A stretch of 64,000 bases of DNA from Eledone cirrhosa (Eukaryota): NCBI GenBank assembly GCA_964016885.1, contig OZ024740.1:141732001-141796000 (forward strand), read 5' to 3'. The position numbers and the translations under genes were made by a program. The notes beneath the pieces were generated by a model. That model saw nothing but the letters and a program-made list of their open reading frames with translations. It was not told the origin of the DNA and ran no database searches. This document shows, piece by piece, positions 54,745 through 64,000 of the stretch (position 1 is its first letter; the number at the start of each line of letters is the position of its first letter).

Positions 54745-55083
54745 TCATCACTACCACCACCACCAACAACAACAACAACAGCATTATCATCACTATTACC
54801 ACCACCAACAACAACAACTACAACGTGGTGGCTTATGTTAAAACAACTATTGAGTGTATCAAAGTTAACAGCAGTGGGAAAATAAAACAAGAACAATAAC
54901 AATAGCAACAAGAACAGCTGCAGCAATACCAAGTGTGGGTGTTGGGGGTGGTGGGATAGTGCTGGTAGTGGTGTTAGTAGGAGTGATGATGGTGATAGTC
55001 GTTGTTGTTGTGGTGGTGGTGGTAGGGTGATAGTGGTGGGTGGTAGTGGTGGTGGGTGGTGGTTGTGGTGGGGTTAGTTGTAG
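54699..55083. repeat. (AAC)n / (GTG)n low-complexity region
   Basis: Direct trinucleotide runs. Confidence 0.88.
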
Positions 55084-55392
55084 TGGCTCTGTTTCCATAA
55101 GAGTAAATAACTGTTTCTACTATTGGCACAAGGCCAGCAATTACCCAAAGAGTAAATAACATGCAGCTCTCACCTCACTTTAAACTCCCCAAAGACATGC
55201 TGGCCTGCTGGTTCCATAGCTGGTTTGTTGGTTGGTTGGTTGGTAAATATTTCCGACATTTGCTACACTGAGACGTCATATGAAATTATCTCATGTGACC
55301 ATAATTTCCGCAGACTCTCTCCAGTCGCTTTAACGGATTCATTCAGGCTTGTGAGTATATATGTGTGTGTATATATACGTGTATTATTGTTT

Positions 55393-55563
55393 ATCGGTAG
55401 AGGGTCGGACGCCATGCTTTGAAGCATAGAGTTACAGCCCTTGTCATTCTGAGTTCAAATCCCGCCGAGGTTAACTTTGCCTTTCATCCTTACGGGGTCG
55501 ATAAAATAAAGTACCAGTAATGCACTGGGTGATTGCTGGCCTTGTGCCAAACGTAGAAACAAT
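55393..55563 (+). mobile_element. tRNA-headed SINE
   Basis: B box GAGTTCAAATCCC and the same body as 26285-26467. Confidence 0.87.
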
Positions 55564-56240
55564 TATTGTTTCAATGTATTTATGCAAATAAGACACTCGA
55601 TTTCCCCGACCCGTAAACAAAACACTCAGAAAATACCGTTAAACCAATTGCTGACCTGCACTCATAATCCCTGTTAAACAAACCATTGATATGCATCACT
55701 ATAGTCAGTAACCAGCAACAGACCCACATCATCAAGCTCAGCCGTCGTTATTACGTAGTTTTTGTATAATAAAACTATTATCTGCAGTTATGTATTGGAA
55801 TTGAGACATCAACTAGGTAAATATGTATATCTGTATGTGTGCGAGTGTATATGTGTGGGTGTGTGCAGGTATGGATGTTATTGTATGTATTATTGTGTGG
55901 ATCTCTATGCTTTGAGTTATAAGTGTACACGTGAATATGTTTTATATCTATATATATGTATATGCAGTTATTACATACAGCATTTTTGACATGTTTTACA
56001 TATTTGTACATTTCCGTTAATGGATTGTACTTGTAACTTCCTAACTAGTCGTGTTCTTTCTGGTTCTGTGAAGCCCAGAATCTCTAGATTGTATGTATGT
56101 ATGTATGTATGTATGTATGTATGTATGTATGTATGTATGTATGTATGTATGTATGTATGTATGTATGTATGTATGCATTTATGAATGCATACATATACAT
56201 ATGAATGCATTTATATATATGTGTATACATATATATGTGT

Positions 56241-56322
<82 letters not shown>

Positions 56323-56793
56323 GGTGTCCCAAAAATATATACACATTTCAACAGCATATATATATATATATATAGTTCATATATATATATACATGCATGT
56401 TTGTCTGCTCAGGGTATGCATTCGTGTATGTGCGTATGTCTATCCGACTGTTGATGTGAATATGCGTGCAGGCATAGGTGTGCGTGTATATATGCATTTG
56501 GAAACCTGGAAAAATCACCATCGATTTGCCTGCCACTGCAGTTCGATAGCTCTTGTGTGGATTCTCTTATCATTTTAACTCACGCTCTGTCTGATGTCTG
56601 ACTTGCAGGGTGCCAGATGTAATTGCAGCCTTGTGGTTATTTAATCTCTCTCTCTTCAATGTCGACATTGATTTCTCGTTCATTCGTTATTCTTTTGTAG
56701 GATAATCACTTTCAGACACTCACATACATCATACCTTCACCTATATATAATTATATATATAAATATATATATAAATATATATATAAATATATA

Positions 56794-57027
56794 TGAAGTA
56801 TTTCCGTAGGAAAAGTAAAGGAAAAGAGAGTGCTCTATGTAGGCTACAGAGCTTTTTAGTTATGTAATAAACAACATAAGGTAATTAATTCATTTACCAA
56901 TGGTTTCTTGAAGAGCTTGACACTTATGTCTGTCTTCTGTTGAAGGAAGACAGACATAAGTGTCAAGCTCTTCAAGAAACCATTGGTAAATGAATTAATT
57001 ATCTTATGTTGTTTATTACATAACTAA

Positions 57028-57028
<1 letters not shown>
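56794..57028 (-). mobile_element. Family J fold-back with tail
   Basis: ~56853-56937 inverted against ~56945-57028; tail 56794-56852 with GCTC-TGTA-GCC-TACA-TA-GAGC on the minus strand. Confidence 0.72.
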
Positions 57029-57058
<30 letters not shown>

Positions 57059-57059
57059 C

Positions 57060-57124
<65 letters not shown>

Positions 57125-57159
57125 CATACATATATATATATGTATATATATATAATCAT

Positions 57160-57193
<34 letters not shown>

Positions 57194-57248
57194 GTGTGTG
57201 TATGGCCGAAAGTATGATATATGTGAGACTATGAAAGTGATTATTCTA

Positions 57249-57290
<42 letters not shown>

Positions 57291-57711
57291 TTAGACAGTC
57301 GATCGACTTTTTGTCAAATCGGACCGAGGAAACAATGTTTCCATTGGTCTTTCCAATTGCCAATACTCTCTATCGGTCGCAACTCCAGGTAGAAGGAGCA
57401 ACGTGAAATAAAGTGTCTTACCCAAGGACATAACGCATCGCCCAGCCCGGAAATCGAACTCATAACGTCACGTATGTGTGGGAGAGAGAGAGATCTGTAT
57501 ATGTGTTGTGTGTGTTTGTGTATTGTTTAAAATAGCGCATAGGTGGCTGAGCATTCTCCAGACACATGTATCGTTAACGTAATTTACTAGGAGATTCAGG
57601 ATGACACTGCCTATGACAATGTTGGATCTTTTGAATTACAATTACAGTTATTATTTCCAGTTGAAGAAACTAGAGCAATGAGGAATTATATATACATACG
57701 CAAAATGTACG

Positions 57712-58000
57712 AGAAACAAACCACCTGGCTTTTGGATGGTCTGACCTGCGAGCTTTTCGTTTAGATGTCAGACTTGTTCGGTGACCTCTTGGCAGACGTT
57801 TACTAACTGGCATCAGAACGGGAGAATTCCCAGTTCTGTGAGCCGCGGAGCTGTGGCGCTGCTAAATTGATAATTTTATGCTCATATCTCTGTTTAAAAT
57901 TTTAGCCAAGGTGTTAGCAACTAGGTTGGCGCTTGTGGTCCCTGGTCTAGTGAGCCATCCCAACCAGATCTATCAATGATAACCTCCACCTCATGAGTTT
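57712..58000 (+). pseudogene. Decayed Tx1-like RT fragment followed by ATCT-type repeat
   Basis: GATGGTCTGACCTGCGAG, CAGAACGGGAGAATTCCCAGTTCTGTG, GCCAAGGTGTTAGC, GATAACCTCCACCTCATG match 20120-20440. Confidence 0.75.
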
Positions 58001-60779
58001 CTATCTGCCTATCTATATACCAATCTATCTATTTATCGATCTATCTGTCTATCTGTCTGTCTCCCTGTCTGTCTGTCTATTTGTCTGTTTTGTAGTTTAT
58101 CAGTCGACACACTCTGAAAATATCAGCATGCCCATAGGCTACGCTGTATGGTACTAAGTGATTTTCATGTTTATCTCAAGAAAAATATTACCGCTATACA
58201 TGCACTAAAATAATTACCTCCATCATTTTTACCGTCGACTTCAAATGTGAAAAGAAGGAAACTAAACAGCATAATCAACCGTCAGGATTTGACCGACCCC
58301 ACTAACCCTTTTGGAGTTGCCTTTTTGAATGAAAATATACTCTATTTTAATTAACTAATGAATCATTTTTAAAGGATGTAATAAAATTATTAATTATTGC
58401 AATACTATGATAGTAGATCAATATATAGTCTGATTTATAACTATATAGGATGATTTAAATTTACATACGAATCTTTTAAAATGAGTGGCTTTGCTTCATA
58501 GAATCAGGGCAGATTTGGTGCCCTTTAAATAAGAACGCTTTACTACAAACGATTTTTCATCATAAGTCAGAGGTGGTTTCGGGTGGTATGTTATCAAAAG
58601 CTTTAACGCTTCCAGTGAAGTGACATGGCTTCACGAGGAGATTGAAATTACGTTGTCATCTCAAGTAGCTGGAAGCTTACTTCTACTGCGTTCTACAGCT
58701 TTCACCATCCATATAAGATAGTAGTGTCTTTTTGATAAAGTACTCATGAGAAGATGAGGTGTCGGATGAGATAGTGTGTCGTTCAATTCCTCAAGATATT
58801 CACTGTAAATTAAATTAACCGAAAACCGCTATGAGCTAACCTGTTTATCTAAATCGTTCGCCATATTTACAAAGAAAATATCGATTTAATCACAGATATA
58901 AAACCTCCGGCTGTTTTTACTCAGCAGAAGTGGGTATAATCGATTGACCACACTCCACTATATATTGATCTCTTACATAGGCACACGACCAGAGATCTAA
59001 GGTATGAGGGTAAACTGTTAGTTATGTTGTCTCCAGTATCAACTGCTAATTTATTTTATCGACCTCGGAAGCATGAATAGGAAAGAAAAACTCAGCAGGA
59101 TTTGAACGCAGAACATAAAGGATCGTAACTAAATATTGTAAGTTACTGTAAATTACTTTGTTCAGCACTGGAACATTTGCTAATCCCAAAGCCCAAATAT
59201 TGTCGTTTGACCTCTGTGGGTTCCAACGATGTATGTTACAATTGTGCGAACAGCAGAAGAGCCTGCTTGTGAAATCAACGTGCAAGAAGATGAGTATTCC
59301 ACAGACACGTGGGCCCTTGATGTAGTCCTCGGGGATATTCAGCGTGACTCAGTATGTGACAAGGCTGGCACTTTGAGTCACAGGCACTTTAGCGCCACAA
59401 CAACACATGGTAAATAGAGAGACAGGCAGATAAACAGACATTGTTTGCCAACTAAACTGTCAACAGGGCTGGAGGTTTTGTTGTTATGGTTGCCAAAATC
59501 AACCAGAATGAGAGTGAGGTAGAGAGAGTGAGATGTGGGGGAGACGAAGTAAAACAACTGTAAATAGATTTATGTGTAAAAATAGAAAAAGAGGGATTGT
59601 TGTGAGATATTTAGGGAAGAAAATGGGAAGAAATATAGGGAAATTTACCCCTTCTTATTTTCTATACTTTTCACACCCCACTTACTGACTTTGTCTTCTC
59701 GCACGAGCAAAGAATAACTTCCACTACGTAACAAAAATCATGAAAAATAAATCAGATATATTTCTGTAATATGTATGTAACTAAGACAGTCGATTGCCCT
59801 GTAAGTGTGCGTGTATGTATGTATGGATGTTTGTATGTATGTATGTACTCAGAAGAGTCAAGGGTCTTCCAAATAGTACTTTTTTTTTTCACCTGGGAGT
59901 GAAAGGCCCCCAGTTGTTGCCACAACACCTTTCTAAGAGAGGGAAACTCTGAAAAAAGATCTGCGGCTTCGGAAACATCCGATGATGTTGACCAGTTCTC
60001 CTTTTCGGGTAGTGATTTCGATGCTCAGCGAGTGGGATTAGTCGAGTGTAAGGCCTTTCTCCACTTAAAAAGCCTTCAAATTACAGGCCTTGATTGTTCA
60101 GGACATGTTACAGGTTCGTGTAGCTGGTTGTAGCCTAAAAGTGCACCATTTTCGGTAATCTGACAAGCAGAGTTTGCAGCCACCATGTATGTATGTATGT
60201 ATGTATGTATGTATGTATGTATGTATGTATGTATGTATGTATGTATGTATGTATGTATGTATGTATGTATGTATGTATGTATGTATGCATACATGTACGT
60301 ATGTACGTATGTACGTATGTATATATGTATGTATGAATCACAACCCTAATTCACAATCGACTGCGCCAAATTTTGAGCCTTTAAACATTTGAAACCAAAT
60401 ATTAACTAATCAGACTCATATCTGGCTACGTCCACCACCATCTTACTACTACCTTTACTTCTTTTCTCCACGTCTGTCCACCCTCACACACCTCTCTCCA
60501 ATGTATCTCACCATTCCATTTATCCTACTCGTCTCTTCATTGGTTTCTCCTCAAAGTTCAGTTGCTCGATCGTCTGTTTATATAACCTTTGCTCTTCAAC
60601 CTGGCACAGAAATCACTCCGAAAGAACTACGATGTTTGCTTACCTTCTCCCAATTAATTATCCCCCCTTTCTTTCTGTAACTTCTTTATCGCCTTCTCTT
60701 TCATTCTCTTTCTGTAATTATTTATTTTATCTTCTTTTAACCTATCTTCACAGAAGGGCTTCTTCCAAATTTCCTAAAT

Positions 60780-60873
<94 letters not shown>

Positions 60874-60957
60874 ACATACAATATATATATATATATATAT
60901 ACATAAATAAATATAAATAGAAAAAAAAAATATATATATATATATACTTACATACAA

Positions 60958-61033
<76 letters not shown>

Positions 61034-61103
61034 TTACATATATATACGTATATATATATATACATGTGTGTATGTAAGACATATATTTATTCATCTCTAT
61101 ACA

Positions 61104-61181
<78 letters not shown>

Positions 61182-61209
61182 TCTCTTTATATATATATAT
61201 ATATATACT

Positions 61210-61251
<42 letters not shown>

Positions 61252-61285
61252 TATGGATATATAGAGATGTGGATATATATATACT

Positions 61286-61335
<50 letters not shown>

Positions 61336-61547
61336 TATGGATGTATAGAGATGAATAAATATATATCTGTCTTCAACTGATCTGTCTTTGGAAATTTTTC
61401 AGGATCTTGTTATTTTTTTTCATTTTCATATCAAGTGACTCTCCGTACAGCGTTTCCGTTTGAACATTTACTTAAAAACGTGGGCATACAGGCATATGTT
61501 GTACGTGTGTACATATATATACATACGTATCTCTCTCTCTCTCTCCT

Positions 61548-61642
<95 letters not shown>

Positions 61643-61746
61643 CTGTGTGTGTGTGCGCGCGCGCATGAATATACTACCGCGAACTCGCTACCTGTAAGGT
61701 AGCGTAATAGGTGCATCTGTATGTATATATAGAGATTATATATATT

Positions 61747-61925
61747 TGGCAGTATCGGTAGAGGATCGGATGCCATGCTTTGACGCATAGAGTTAGGGCC
61801 CTTGCCATTCTGAGTTCAAATCCCGCCAAGGTTAACTTTGCCTTTCATCCTTACGAGGTCGATAAAATAAAGTACCAGTAATGTACTGGGTAATTGCTGG
61901 CCTTGTGCCAATAGTAGAAACAATT
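61747..61925 (+). mobile_element. tRNA-headed SINE
   Basis: TGGCAGTATCGGTAGAG A box, GAGTTCAAATCCC B box, family body. Confidence 0.87.
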
Positions 61926-61945
61926 ATATATATATATATATATAT

Positions 61946-64000
61946 AACGAAGGAAATGTGGTAAGGAACCAGATGGACCATAACGCACCAAAGTACTCAA
62001 TACTTAGGGTAGTAGAGTGGGTAATAGGAACGAGTAGGACCCCGACGGCTGAGCTCAAGCCGTTTCGACGGGTAAATCTGGACTAAATGAACATTTTTAT
62101 CCTGGTAAATGAATAGCCGAGCTTCTTAGGGGGTAATTCCATATATGGTAAAAGTGATTGTCACAAGGATTGGTCAAAAGTTTGTTGTTGAGACACATAA
62201 TTCTATCATGGCATTTTGTGGAAGGAAGGGGTAGATGAACTTGCCAGTAGAAGAGAGAGGGAGAGGGAGTAGAGGAAACCCAGTCGTGCGTTGAAAGTGA
62301 CAACTACAGAAGAATCCTAAGGATAAGAGGTCAAGAGAAGTATACTAGAGAGAGGGAGGGGGGAGGAAGGCGAAACAATAAGTAAATCTATATGGAGTAA
62401 ATATATAGAAAAATAAGAATGTTAAAAATATAAAAAAAACACAATTTCTGGTTACTATTCCCCTACCACAATCATCAAATCTCTCACTGGTACTGCTAGA
62501 CTATAGAAAAGTTTAATAGGTGGGACGGAATACTAAATACTAGATTGTAGTGAAAGAATTTTATGAGTTAGTAGTAATCGGCCAAATCTATCTTACAATG
62601 ACAAGTCAACAAGTAGGGGGCCAAAATACTAAAAAAAACTAATACGAAATAATAATTCAGAACCCCGAAACTAATACGAAATATTAATTCAGAATCCCGA
62701 AAATGAATGCTAATACGATATATAAGAGTACCGCTACAATACATAAATTCTAATACAAACTACATAAATGCTCGTACGATATATATGAAAAATTTAATAC
62801 GAAAAATTAATTCAGAATCCCCCCCCCCCCCCAAAAAAAAATACTAATATACGAGAAACTAAAGCAGAGATACCACTAAGAAATCTAGAAATCACGGAAA
62901 TGGGGCAGCAATCAGATAAGAAAGCAAGTATCTGGGGTCTAGCACATCTGCTATAAAAAGCGGAGTCGGCCAATTCTATCATAGAATAGGGGGTGGGGGT
63001 GGGGGTACTGAGGCTACAGAGGACCGAAGGGCTGCCTCGGAGTGGGCGAGAAGGTGAAAAGAACGACGACAAAGAAGGAGAACTGGCGTGGAAGGACTAG
63101 GAAGGGATGGGGGGAAGAAGGAAATATAGAGGAAACGATAAAAAATATATAAGAAAATCTTACGTCTACCTTTGTAAGCAAGGGTTACTCATTACAAAGT
63201 CGGCAAGTGGGGTGTTACAGCCCTTGTCTACCCCCCGGTCATTATGGGGTTTGAGGGCGAGGTAAGTCCTACGCAATCTGTGTTTGCATGCAGTTACCAG
63301 TTCGTCTTTCTTGTTTAGGAGTTGGTCCGTCGAAAACAGCATTTGTATTGTTTCCTCTGAGCATAAGTTACCCGGACGGCGTCCTCCCGTGTAAGAGTTG
63401 GCTCTGGACAGTAAGCTCCAAGTGAGATTATAGGTTATATTGTTATCTTTGAGGTCCCAGATGTGGCCCGAAAGTGTAGTGGCGTAACGCCGGACCGGGT
63501 TTCGGAAAGTATGTCTGTGTTGGTATAGCCGGATCTTGAAGTCACACGCGGTTAATCCTATATAAGCTTTGTTGGAGGTTGCACTGGTAGATCACATTAC
63601 TATCTCTGCATCTGTTGTCGAGGGGGAAAATGGATCAAACAGGACAGTTACACCTCCTGGTCGGCTCTCCACTGCTATCTAGGTTATTTCTTCCATAGGG
63701 ATTGAGTTTTTTGTTGTTAGAAGAGACGATGTTTTGTGCAAAGTTAGGTGTGGTGGTGTAGGACAGTTTGATGGTAATTTTGTTGATTATGTTGTGGTAG
63801 CGGATTCTGAATTAATTTTTCGTATTAAATTTTTCATATATATCGTACGAGCATTTATGTAGTTTGTATTAGAATTTATGTATTGTAGCGGTACTCTTAT
63901 ATATCGTATTAGTATTCATTTTCGGGATTCTGAATTAATATTTCGTATTAGTTTCGGGACTCTGAATTATTATTTCGTATTAGTTTGTTTTTAGTATTTT
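61946..64000 (-). mobile_element. Family E Penelope-like element, minus strand, with inversion at ~63803
   Basis: 61946-63802 is the reverse complement of tail, 3' UTR and GIY-YIG region (decayed ORF ~63217-63802); 63803-64000 is a plus-strand copy of the UTR inverted against ~62625-62820. Confidence 0.92.

Overview
Repeat-saturated, AT-rich eukaryotic (metazoan) DNA with no recognisable host exon, tRNA/rRNA gene or CRISPR array. The microsatellite and SINE make-up is reminiscent of octopod cephalopod genomes (inference only). Almost all ORFs in the track are microsatellite artefacts. Real content: (1) a dense set of Penelope-like element (PLE) derivatives in (TA)n tracts, from at least 10 sequence-unrelated families, many carrying type I hammerhead ribozymes (HHRs), and three pieces with RT and/or GIY-YIG coding sequence; (2) a head-to-tail array of Tx1-like non-LTR retrotransposons separated by (ATCT)n at 11.2-24.7 kb, one nearly intact, plus dispersed copies; (3) a decayed Helitron, a complete non-autonomous Helitron and a Helitron 3' fragment; (4) tRNA-headed SINEs and small LINE/mariner remnants. 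Most notable: the PLE insertions share a two-ended fold-back design (a fixed 'short' end and a fixed 'long' end), and the tail between the two ends carries a covarying bulged hairpin (ACTC-stem-loop-stem-TN-GAGT-RC) in about nine otherwise unrelated families, a candidate cis-acting RNA element for PLE reverse transcription. All coordinates were read by eye and element boundaries are approximate to a few bases.
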